Source of the DNA: Tubiluchus corallicola | Lineage: Eukaryota > Animalia > Priapulida | DNA: 48,358 bases | Direction of reading: 5' to 3' | Assembly: GCA_030141605.1 (NCBI GenBank) | Contig: JAQGDQ010001304.1 | Span: 1-48,358, forward strand | Position numbers and translations under genes: made by a program | Shown: positions 26,040 to 36,237 of the stretch, in pieces | How positions within the stretch are numbered: the stretch's first letter is position 1 | Layout of the letters: each line of letters begins with the position of its first letter | The notes under the pieces: generated by a model | What the model saw: only the letters and a program-made list of their open reading frames with translations | Told to the model about the DNA's origin: nothing | Database searches by the model: none

Positions 26040-26587
26040 GATAATTCTTTATTTTTTTAAAAACTAGTTTCAGTGTCTCCATCTGTTGGCACAGCCAGGC
26101 ACTTATTATTATTATTCTTATAATTCCTTATTTTTAAAAACTAGTGTGAGTGTCTCCACCAGTTGGCACAGCTAGGCACTTTTTATTATTATGCTAATTC
26201 TCTATTTTTAAAAACTAGTTTGAGTGTCTCCACCTGTTGACACAGCTAGGCACTTTTTATTATTATGCTAATTCTCTATTTTTAAAAACTAGTTTGAGTG
26301 TCTCCACCTGTTGACACAGCTAGGCACTTTTTATTATGCTTATAATTCTTTATTTTTAAAAACTAGTGTGAGTGTCTCCACCTGTTGGCACAGCTAGGCA
26401 GTTTTTATTATGCTTATAATTCTTCATTTTTAAAAACTAGTGTGAGTGTCTCCACCTGTTGGCACAGCTAGGCACTTTTCATTATGCTTATAATTAGTCA
26501 TTTCTAAAAACTAGTGTGAGTGTCTCCACCTGTTGGCACAGCTAGGCACTTTTCATTATGCTTATAATTCTTCATTTCTAAAAACTA
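26040..26587. repeat. ~74-bp minisatellite, ~7.5 copies
   Basis: Unit contains aaaactagtgtgagtgtctccacctgttggcacagctaggcac; actag at 26140, 26214, 26288, 26362 and onward. Confidence 0.95.
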
Positions 26588-26757
26588 TGTACAAAATACA
26601 TTCCCTCTATTTGTAGGGATATGTTTAAAATTTCTAAAAGCATTTACAACGTATTAAACCTATTCACATATATATATAATTTAGAATCGAACGCAGGAGA
26701 CACATTGAACGACAACGATCATATACAATAGACGTAGTTACAAATTATAATCCACTA

Positions 26758-26758
<1 letters not shown>

Positions 26759-26788
<30 letters not shown>

Positions 26789-26863
26789 CATACATACATA
26801 CATACATACATACATACATACATACATACATACATACATACATACATACATACATACATACAT
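26759..26863. repeat. (taca)n microsatellite
   Basis: Seen directly. Confidence 0.98.
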
Positions 26864-27058
26864 AATAAAAGATAACGAACATATTTTAATAATGAGTAAC
26901 AAAAATTTACACACATTATACACAATGAAAAACAGCGAGTACAATTATAATAAACATAATTACCAATTCTAATGATTATGATTCATAATCATAAATAAAA
27001 ACAAAACAGCAAATAGAAAACACGACGAGAGTTGTAAAATTTCATCACCAACAGACCT

Positions 27059-27314
27059 CCAATCTTAAACTGCCAGTCAAAACAATCTACTCTTTAAAAT
27101 ATTGAAAGGAAACATGCTATTTTTTCAAAAATGACTTACGTGAAAGAATTACTACCACACAAACACAATTTCACGTTCGCGCCACTAGTTTTTCGCTGTT
27201 ACATGCATTTCGCCTACATTTTTGCTAGTTAGTCGGTCACTAGCGCCTACATTTCGGAAGCGCTTTGCACCAAAACAGGTGCTGTACCTCTCAGTTCAGA
27301 TGTGTTAGTTTGTG
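27059..27314 (+). mobile_element. Kolobok/T2-type family K3 fragment
   Basis: Homologous to 34199-34424 (ccaatcttaaactgc..tcaaaacaatctactctttaaaatattgaaa...cagttcagatgtgtt) but lacks the terminal ~17 bp. Confidence 0.65.
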
Positions 27315-27570
27315 TATAGGTACTGTAGAACTGCAGCCCACTTATTTTCACTCAATATTATCGATAATATTCAATATAATAAGTCTTTTTTCTTTAGTTC
27401 TTTCTTTATACTTGTACGGAACCAGAGCACGTGAGGGTAGTACTGTTTGCTTCACAGCCCAGCACAGTGCACTCTAGCAATGCGGTGTTTGGCTGTTTTG
27501 CGCATGTGTGGATGTGTGCACCTGTCTGAGCCAAGTAGAGAAAGTACTGTCGCTCACACAGTTTGTTGTG
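27312..27570 (+). mobile_element. partial copy of the CAGTGGCGG hAT-like MITE
   Basis: Colinear with 31830-32065 and 38285-38545 (cagagcacgtgagggtagtactgtttgcttcacag). Confidence 0.7.
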
Positions 27571-27608
27571 AGTTGAACCCAGGTAGAGAAAGTAGAGAAA
27601 CTAAAGTT

Positions 27609-27950
27609 CTGATGAGGCCTGTAAGGGTTGATGCGTCTGCATCAGTTTCACATTTTCGCATTTGTTTTGATGAGGCCTGTAAGGGCTGAAGCTTCTGCAT
27701 CAATTTCACGTTTTCTCATTTGTTTTGATGAGGCCTGTAAGGGCTGAAGCTTCTGCATCAATTTCACGTTTTTGCATTTGTTTTGATGAGGCCTGTAAGG
27801 GCTGAAGCTTCTCCGTCAATTTCACGTTTTTGCATTTGTTTTGATGAGGCCTGTAAGGGCTGAAGCTTCTGCGTCAATTTCACATTTTCGCATTTGTTTT
27901 GATGAGGCCTGTAAGGGCTGAAGCTTCTGCATCAGTTTCACATTATCGCT
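27609..27950 (+). repeat. 58-bp tandem repeat, 6 copies, with a hammerhead-like core
   Basis: gatgaggcctgtaaggg at 27611, 27669, 27727, 27785, 27843 and 27901. Confidence 0.95.
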
Positions 27951-28019
27951 GTTCTCTTTCTACTTGACGTAAAATTTGCAAAGAAAATTGCTACTAATTT
28001 GATTTTTTGTTATTTTCAG

Positions 28020-28128
28020 AGGCGTAGTAGCCGTCAATGTAAATTTAAAACAAATGGATATTAATCAATGCGACGACAGCGACAGTGTGTTTGCTGGAAC
28101 GCATCGGTGTCACAGGGATACCACAAGG
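28020..28128 (+). CDS. GPR158: GPR158/GPR179-like class C GPCR, internal exon A (end of extracellular Cache region, start of Cys-rich/EGF-like stalk)
   Basis: Acceptor ttttcAG (28018-19) and donor GTgagt (28129). Reads GVVAVNVNLKQMDINQCDDSDSVFAGTHRCHRDTTR, resembling GPR158 GVMKVDINLQKVDIDQC...FSGTHKCH. Too short for the ORF track. Joins exon B in phase 0. Family-level call; orthology to GPR158 vs GPR179 or invertebrate paralogues is not resolved. Confidence 0.9.
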
Positions 28129-28366
28129 GTGAGTTCTAGGCTCGTTCTTGTTTCATTTGTTTTTCATTCTTGTTACTGGTTGCACTGTTACTTATTCTTC
28201 ATTGTTTATTGATGCTTTTTCCTTTTTACTTGTTAAGTAGTTCACTCGTTCGTTCATTCAGTGTTCATTCCTACAGAATTGTTCATAGGTAATTTTTTAG
28301 GCGATAATTTACTCTGTAACAAAAAATTAAACTATAATTTTTACGTGAACAGTCTTGCACCTGTAA

Positions 28367-28367
28367 G

Positions 28368-28459
<92 letters not shown>

Positions 28460-29660
28460 CTACTACTCCTACTACTCCTACTACTACTACTACTACTCCT
28501 ACTGATAGCGGCGGCAACGGCAACAAGCGGCAACGGCAGCGGCAGCAGCAGCAGCAGCGGCGAGCAGCGGCAACGGCAGCAACGGCGACAGCGGCGAGAA
28601 ACGGCAACGGCAGCAGCGGCAGCAGCAGCCGGCAGCAGCGGCAGCGGCGGCAGCAGCAGCGGCAGCGGCAGCAACAGGCAGCGGCAGCGGCGGCAACGGC
28701 AGCGGCAACGGCAGCAGCGGCAGCGGCGGCAACGGCGGCAGCAACGGCAACCAGCAACGAGCAGCAGCGGCAGCAGCGGCAACGGCAGCAACGGCAGCAG
28801 CGAAGCGGCAGCAGCAACGGCAACGGCGGCGGCGGCAGCAGCGGCAGCAGCAGCAGCGGCAGCGGCAGCAGCGGCGGCGGCAGCGGCGGCGGCGGCAGCG
28901 GCGGCGGCGGCGGCAGCAGCAACGCAGCCGGCAACAGCGGCAGCAACGGCAGCAGCGGCAACGGCAACGGCAGCAGCAACGGCAACAGCAGCAGCAGCAG
29001 CAGCAGACGGGCAGGCGGCAACGCGGCAGCAGCAGCAGCAGCAGCGGCGGCGGCAGCAGCCGGCGGCAGCGGCGGCAGCAGCAGCAGCAGCAGCAGCGGC
29101 GGCGGCAGCGGCGGCGGCGGCAGCGGCGGCGGCGGCAGCGGCGGCGGCGGCGGCGGCGGCAGCAGCGGCGGCGGCAGCAGCAGCAGCAGCAGCGAGCAGC
29201 GGCAGCAGCGGCGGCAGCAGCGGCAGCGGCAGCAGCAGCACCCGGCAGCAGCGGGAACAGCAGCAGCAGCAGCAGGCGCGCAGCTGGCAGCAGCGGCGGC
29301 AGCAGCAGCAGCAGCAGCAGCAACGGCAGCAGCTGCTGCTGCGCCAACTGCTGCTGGTGCAGCCTGCGAACTACCCGACTGCTGCTCGCTGTTCGCTGCT
29401 ACTAATACTAATACTAATACTAATACTAATACTAATACTAATACTAATACTAATACTGATACTGATACTGATACTGATACTGATACTGATACTGATACTG
29501 ATACTGATACTGATACTGATACTGATACTGATACTGATACTGATACTGATACTGATACTGATACTAACACTAACACTAACACTAACACTAACACTAACAC
29601 TAACACTAACACTAACACTAACACTAATACTAACACTACACTAATACTACTACTACAATA
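28367..29660. repeat. compound tract: (act)n, ~900 bp GC-rich (gca/gcg)n, then (actaat/actgat/actaac)n
   Basis: Seen directly; lies inside the intron between exons A and B. Confidence 0.95.
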
Positions 29661-29850
29661 GTAATACTAATCCTACTACACTGCCACTTGGTATTGCCAA
29701 CAAGTCGTTTTGCCGTCGGTCGCCACACACAAACCATCAGGCAATCTGTACACCTATCTTGGATACATTTTGTTTATTGTACTGGTTAACCGTCACCTTT
29801 GCAGAGCAAATATTTTTACCTAAGATAATAAAACAGTTTTGTGTTTTTAG

Positions 29851-30189
29851 TGCATTGCTGTAGATGGGCATGGTCTTCGGCGAGGGGGCTACAACTGTGT
29901 GTGCAAGGACAATTTTTACTTTCCAAAAAACGAATCGACGAAAAAGTATTTTGACGGTGCACAACTCGAACTCGCAGCTTCCGGTACGTCGACCTCGCAG
30001 AACGTGACCTCGGTACACGACCTCGACTGTCTTCCTTGCCAACCTGGGTGTGACTCTTGCGTGGATGACACGCCCTGTTTCGTGACCTTTGACATTGTCC
30101 TGAGGGCCGTCGTGCTGGGCATCCAGAGCTTCTGTCTGAGCTGCACAATCATATTGGGTGTGGTCGTCTATCGAAATCGTAAAAATAAG
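29851..30189 (+). CDS. GPR158: GPR158/GPR179-like GPCR, internal exon B (Cys-rich stalk + TM1)
   Basis: Acceptor tttttAG (29849-50), donor GTgagt (30190), 339 nt. Reads CIAVDGHGLRRGGYNCVCKDNFYFP...DCLPCQPGCDSCVDDTPCFVTFDIVLRAVVLGIQSFCLSCTIILGVVVYRNRKNK, with the family motifs GxYxCxCKxxFY and CLPCxxGCxxCxDDxPC followed by hydrophobic TM1. Confidence 0.95.
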
Positions 30190-30214
30190 GTGAGTGTTTT
30201 CTATTGGCTGTGAG

Positions 30215-30750
30215 TTTGGGAGTAGTATGGTTCTTTCGTCTGTGTTTGTGTGATTTTGTTATGTACTAACTTTCAGTACTGAAATTAATTTTTAGAAAAG
30301 TGATGTAAAGACAAAGATTCTATACTACCTTTTGGCAAGAATATGGGAGTAGTATGGTTCCTTCGTCTATGAGTATAACTGCTCTGCTTTCACTTTAGGC
30401 ACCGAAATTGACATCAGAAAGTTGATTAGAAATAAAAATACCTTTTAGCAAGAATTTGGAAGTAGAAGTAGTATGCTTCCTTCGTCTGTGTTTGTGTGAT
30501 TTTGTTCTGTACTAATTTTCGGTATTGATTTTTTTTTAGAAAACTGATGTAGAGACAAAGATTCTATACTACCTTTTGGCAAGAATACGGGAGTAGTATG
30601 GTTTCTTTGTCTTTGTGTGTATATTGTGCTCCATTTACTTTTTGTGGTGAGGAATCCAGAAAAGTGATTTGGAAACAAAGCTACTATCCTACTTTTCAAA
30701 GAATTTGAGTGTAGTATGGTTCCATTGTCTGTGGGTGTCGCTGTTCTGTC
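30215..30750. repeat. diverged ~123-bp tandem repeat, ~5 copies, last unit split by a MITE
   Basis: gtagtatggtt..ttcgtctgtg near 30222, 30349, 30468, 30592 and 30711; the unit continues after 31308 (aaaagtg...agagacaaa). Confidence 0.75.
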
Positions 30751-31308
30751 TTAAAGGAAAACCGGATGATTGTGTAACCACTAATTCAGAATAAAGTATG
30801 CTCTAAAATATTGAAAACTACAACAGCTTATTTTAAATCAAAGCTTAGATTAAATAATAATTACCTTTGATACTGAAATTTTGTTAAATTTTCAAAGCTA
30901 CGCGCGGCTCAGTGAATCTACTAGGATTGGCAGCGACGCCTTTTTGTCACATTCGCATGGCCGACAAAGAGAAGACGGTACCGTGATAACCATGATCATG
31001 CACTGCAGTGTTAGTTTCTGACGTCATATGACGTAGAGCCCATTTTCGTGACATCATGCATTTAACCACTACTGTAACACTTACGCAAACGTGCTTGACG
31101 CGCAAGGGAAGATGCCTGCCATTGCACAAACTGTGGTTAGTTTCTGACGTAAGCAGAACAGCTGTGTTCGGTTGCCATTAATTAACTTTCTAAGCTAATT
31201 ATTCAAATATAAGAAACAATTGTTAACTTTTATATGCAAGAAAATGTATATTTTGGACAGCAAATTAAAATGAGATCGAGTCTAAACAATCGTCCGGTTT
31301 TCCTTTAA
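30751..31308 (+). mobile_element. Kolobok/T2-type MITE family K2, full copy
   Basis: TTAA-aggaaaaccggatgattgt ... acaatcgtccggttttcct-TTAA; 19-bp TIR with 1 mismatch and a TTAA TSD. Confidence 0.9.
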
Positions 31309-31816
31309 TTTTAGGTGCCGAGCTGGATATCCAAAAAAAGTGGCACAGAGACAAACCTACTGTACTACTACTAGCAAACTATACAGCAATCTTATGACAA
31401 ATGGCAGTAGCTTTAATAGATTTTTTTTGAAGAATGTTATTGCGAGCCTGTGTCCAATCAAATCACTCCGAGAATGTCGGCATTTTTACAAGTGTAAAAC
31501 TGTGTAATTAAAGTAGCATGAACGCATTTTATTAATTCGTGATAATTAATTTCAGTAATTTCTTTGATCTTCCCCCGTGTGAGTCACACGTTAATTTTGC
31601 GTGGACAGTGTGATTACACGTGTTGAAAAATGATACAATTTCAACCTGTTCCGTAATTTGTTGAAGCTCGATGCCATTTAGTACCAGGAATTTTCCCGGT
31701 AATGAGCGTCTGATTCTCGTGATGTAATTTATAGGCATAGCGAGTAATAACAATCATAAGCATAATTTAGTTTGTCCAATTCGATTAATTTGCAAAGCCA
31801 ATTTTGGTAAAAAATA

Positions 31817-32326
31817 CAGTGGCAGCTCGTGTATGGGTACTGTGTGGAACTGCAGCACCCCCTATTTTCTCTCAGTAGTATCGATAATATTCAATATAAT
31901 AAGTCTTTTTTCATTAGTTCTGTCTTTATACTTGCACAGTCCAGAGCACGTGAGGGTAGTACTGTTTGCTTCACAGTCCAGCAATGTGGTGTTTGGCTGC
32001 TGCGCGCATGCGGGAATGCGCATTGTCTGAGCGCAGGTAGAGAAAGTACTGTTGCTCACACAGTTTTGTTGTCAGATGTCACGTGCTTACCGAGAATTGA
32101 TCAAACTTGAACTGTGACGATTTAGGCTATCAGTAAGCAAACAGTAGGATTTCGTCAAGTTCATGTACAAATTTTCGTCTGTATGTTTGTTTTAAATTAC
32201 AAATTACAACATTAAAATTACAAATATTTGTTTCGTTTTACACAGTATTAAAACAACAGCTAATAATTTTCTGAAGCAGCACCCCCTCCCCCTCCCCTTA
32301 CTAATTTTAGCTACGAGCCGCCACTG
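31817..32326 (+). mobile_element. hAT-like MITE, full copy (510 bp)
   Basis: TIRs cagtggcagctcgt / acgagccgccactg (14 bp, 1 mismatch), with subterminal gcagcacccc near both ends. TSD not evident. Confidence 0.75.
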
Positions 32327-32524
32327 TGAAAGCTGTAGCCTATCACCCATCTGGGTTCATTTCAAAGTCTCTAATTTAAAAAAAATCAAATTAAATAGTA
32401 ATCATACTAATCAAAATAGTTAAGTTGACACCATTGGTCAATCAGCTGCTATGATGTCAGTGGTCCACTATCCCAGCATGCGTCAGTAGCTCAGAAAAGT
32501 AATCGTCAACTTATTTTCATTATT

Positions 32525-32565
32525 TAGTGTTATTATTGTTGTTATTGTTGTTGTTGTTGTTGTAG

Positions 32566-32599
<34 letters not shown>

Positions 32600-33006
32600 A
32601 GTTGTTGTTGTTGTTATTGCTGTTGTTATTCTTGTTCTTGTTCTTGTCGTATTTGTTGTTGTTGCTGTTGTTGTTGTTGTTATTGTTATTATTATTATTA
32701 TTATTACTGTTGTTGTAGTTGTTGTTGTTGTTGTTGTTCTTGTTCTTGTTCTTGTTCTTTTCTTGTTCTTGTTGTTGTTCTTGTTCTTGTTCTTGATCTT
32801 GTTGTTGTTCTTGTTCTTGCTCTTGATCTTGGCGTATTTGTTGTTGTTGCTGTTGTTGTTGTTGTTGTAGTTGTTGTTGTTGTTGTTGTCTGCTGCTGTT
32901 GTTATTCTTGTTCTTGTTCTTGTCGTAGTTGTTGTTATTGTTGTTGTTATTATTATTATTATTGTTGTTGTTGTTGTAGTTGTAGTTGTAGTTGTAGTAG
33001 TAGTAG

Positions 33007-33059
<53 letters not shown>

Positions 33060-33150
33060 GCTGCTCTTGTTATTGTTCTTATTCTTGTTCTTGATCTTGT
33101 CGTATTTGTTGTTGCAGTTGTTGTTGTTGTTGTTGTTATTATTATTGTTA
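32525..33150. repeat. (gtt)n/(gttctt)n low-complexity tract
   Basis: Seen directly. Confidence 0.95.
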
Positions 33151-33470
33151 TAAAAAGTTGATAATCGGCAGTCTGTTATTTTCTCACTTGTCTTTTGCAT
33201 AGTGAGGTGCTTACAAAACTTGCTTTCATTTTCCTAATACGTGTAGTAGGTCTAAGCCAATATTAAAATGGCAGCACCGAGGAATAAACAAGTTTTGCAC
33301 TGCGCATGCGTAAACTTTGCATAAACAACGACACACGCAGAAGTTATGAAGTTTCAATGCGAGTTTGTTTACCTACCCGTGAAATTCGCTTGTCCTCTGA
33401 TCAGCGGAAATACTTGAATTCACGAAACGCCAGAGATGTTAATCTGTTTTTTTCTGATTTCTCTTTTTAG

Positions 33471-33539
33471 AGTATACTGAACAGCGTGTGGCTGGCACTG
33501 GAGGCCATCTTGGTAGGCGCCATGCTCCTGTATGCAACA
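33471..33539 (+). CDS. GPR158: GPR158/GPR179-like GPCR, internal exon C (TM2)
   Basis: Polypyrimidine tract + AG (33469-70), donor GTaagt (33540), 69 nt. Reads SILNSVWLALEAILVGAMLLYAT, comparable to GPR158 SIRASGLILLETILFGSLLLYFP. Phase 0/0. Confidence 0.9.
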
Positions 33540-33599
33540 GTAAGTGAAATCATTTAATAAATTATGATAATTGCTCGAGTGACAGACAAGCGTGAATTG

Positions 33600-34001
33600 T
33601 AGAGATGAGCATTCGAATCGAACTCGAACGAGTTTGTTTCAGTTCGAATTCGATTCGAACATAAAATTATAAATTCGAATAATTCAGCACTTCAGCTACA
33701 TACGTTCTTTATCATTAAAATGTTTGAAGCATCATGTAATTAGCATAATTTAGCTGCAGTTTCTGTGCAAAATCTTTAACAAACTAATAGTGGTTTTACT
33801 GCAGAACAGAATCAAGCAATATGCACGATCTTCGTAAGGCCACTTTTTACTAGTGGTTGGAAAACTGGTTCGAAACTGTTTCAAACTCAATTCGAATTCG
33901 ATTCGGAATCGAAACACTGAAATTCGGTTCGATTCGGAATCGAAAGTCACAACTTCGATTCGATTCGAATTCGTGTTCTGATAGAGAATGCTCACCCGTT
34001 A
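33600..34001. mobile_element. hAT-like MITE with ttcgaa/ttcga subterminal repeats
   Basis: tagagatgagcattc ... gaatgctcacccgtta imperfect TIR, with dense ttcgaat/ttcgatt clusters at both ends. Lies 60 bp downstream of exon C. Confidence 0.65.
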
Positions 34002-34181
34002 ACTGTGTTACAGAATTATTTTCCATATTGTATCTGTAATTCAGTTCAGTGTGGTTTCTTTCTTGATTTTTGAATTTGCCGTTGCCGTTTACAGTTGGAA
34101 ACTGTTATAGTTGCAAAAGCGGCGAGATTGCTACCATGTTATGTCAACAATCATACTCTCATACTTAGGATATACTAGACC

Positions 34182-34424
34182 TTAAAGCAAAACTGGACCC
34201 AATCTTAAACTGCAGGTCAAAACAATCTACTCTTTAAAATATTGAAAAGAAACTTGCTATTTTTTTTCAATAATGACTTACGTGAAAGAATTATTACCAC
34301 ACAAACACAATTTCACGTTCGCGCCACTAGTTCTTCACTGTTACATGTATTTCACCGTTCGCTAGTTAGACGGGCACAAAATAACAGATGCTGTACCTCA
34401 CAGTTCAGATGTGTTGGTTTGTGA
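34182..34424 (+). mobile_element. Kolobok/T2-type family K3, left end
   Basis: TTAAagcaaaactggacccaatcttaaactgcaggtc; perfect inverted copy at 41353-41389; body shared with 27059-27314. Confidence 0.7.
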
Positions 34425-34867
34425 CGAACTACACACGTTCGACAGCTCATGCGTGAGCGCAGCGGTAAATTTGAAATTTGAATTTTTATCTTAAAACTTG
34501 CCTAGTTTTAGCACAACACGCTGAATATCTTACAGTAGCACTGTACTTCAATTTTCGCTTTCACAAACACGCTCGTGGAATATTTTTGCTGCTGAAAATT
34601 ATGTTAGTTTGTGATGTCATCACTAGTTGGGCTCGCCACCCATTAATTAAAATTTTCATCTATTATTTAATTATCAGAAACGCTTTTGCAATACAGGACT
34701 CTTTTTAAACGAAGTTGATTAAAAACTACCATAATTTATAACAAACACATCTACATATATATCACAGTGCTGATTGAATACATTAATTCTTAGCAAAATT
34801 GATTCCTACCTCTTAATTTAGAATCTCGTTTTGTAAAAATTTCATGCACAATTAATCAACAATTTCT

Positions 34868-35432
34868 TAACTTCCACATCTCCACTTTTGTTTAAAAAAA
34901 TAAACTCATCAACATCACACGTGGATGAGAATTCTGGAAAACTCCCACATCTCCACTTTTGTTTAAAAATATAAACTTATCAATATCACACATAGATGAG
35001 AATTCTGGAAAACTTCCACATCTCCACTTTTGTTTAAAATATAAACTTATCAATATCACACATGGATGAGAATTCTGGAAAACTTCCACATCTGCACTTT
35101 TATTTAACAATATAAACTTATCAATATCACACGTGGATGAGAATTCTGGAAAACTTCCACATCTCCACTTTTGTTAAAAATATAATCTTATCAATATCAC
35201 ACGTGGATGAGAATTCTGGAAAACTTCCACATCTGCACTTTTATTTAACAATATAAACTTATCAATATCACACGTGGATGAGAATTCTGGAAAACTTCCA
35301 CATCTCCACTTTTGTTTAAAATATAAACTTATCAATATCACACGTGGATGAGAATTGTGGAAAACTTCCACATCTCCACTTTTGTTTAAAATATAAACTT
35401 ATCAATATCACACATGGATGAGAATTGTGGAA
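34868..35432. repeat. 71-bp minisatellite, ~8 copies
   Basis: Unit aaacttccacatctccacttttgtttaaaatataaacttatcaatatcacacgtggatgagaattctggaa. Confidence 0.96.
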
Positions 35433-35481
35433 AAAAATCTGATATTTAGCTTAAAAATAATGCTTCTTTGATCACAAACAA

Positions 35482-35690
35482 TACATTACATTACATTACA
35501 TTGCATTACACTACATTACATTGCATAGCATTACATTAAATTACATTACATTACATTACATTACATTACATTACATTACATTACATTACATTACATTACA
35601 TTGCATCGCATTACATTACATTACATTGCATTGCATTGCATCGCATTACATTACATTACATTACATTACATTACATTACATTACATTGCA
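35482..35690. repeat. (catta)n pentanucleotide microsatellite
   Basis: Seen directly. Confidence 0.97.
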
Positions 35691-36021
35691 AATGAAAATG
35701 AAATCAATCTTCGGTTTATTACGTATCGTAAATTATTATTTATTATAAGAGCGAGAGTTGCTGACCTGCGAGAGATGTTGCGCAACATGTTGCGAAAGAA
35801 ATATTTACGTCTGAACACGCCAATAGGGAACAATTTCAAATCTAAACATTTGCACAAGCGTGTGCAACATCACGTGTGATAATTTTCAAGTGATTCTGTT
35901 AGTTTGTTATGATGCGCCTACCGTATCAAAACTCCAGCATGTTTCTTTTGCGCCACCAGGTATAATCAGTTAGCATTACCGCAACCTCGCTTATAAGCAA
36001 AACAAATTAGAAACGCTGAAA

Positions 36022-36095
36022 AATGCTCACCCCACTGGGATTCGAACCCGGCTGTTAAGCATTCCAGGCAGATACGTTTCCCACCGCAGGGAAAC
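36022..36095 (-). pseudogene. tRNA-derived fragment (possible SINE head)
   Basis: Minus strand gcggtgggaaacgtatctgcctggaatgcttaacagccgGGTTCGAATCCcagtgggg has a B-box/T-arm but no intact cloverleaf. Confidence 0.4.
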
Positions 36096-36237
36096 ATCAA
36101 TATCTCGAACCGGGAACTTTCTGAAGACAGAACTAAGCCATTTTGACTTAGAGGGAATTTCACACTGGAGTTACGCTGGCATCCATACAATTTTTGTTTT
36201 TCGAAAAGTTTTTGTAAAAACACGAACTCTACTGCCG

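Noticed and set aside
28261-29661. 466-aa Thr/Gln/Ala/Gly/Ser-rich ORF and the overlapping minus-strand ORFs
   Set aside because: Pure trinucleotide and hexanucleotide repeat, open in several frames on both strands, inside a GT-AG intron whose flanking exons already join in frame.
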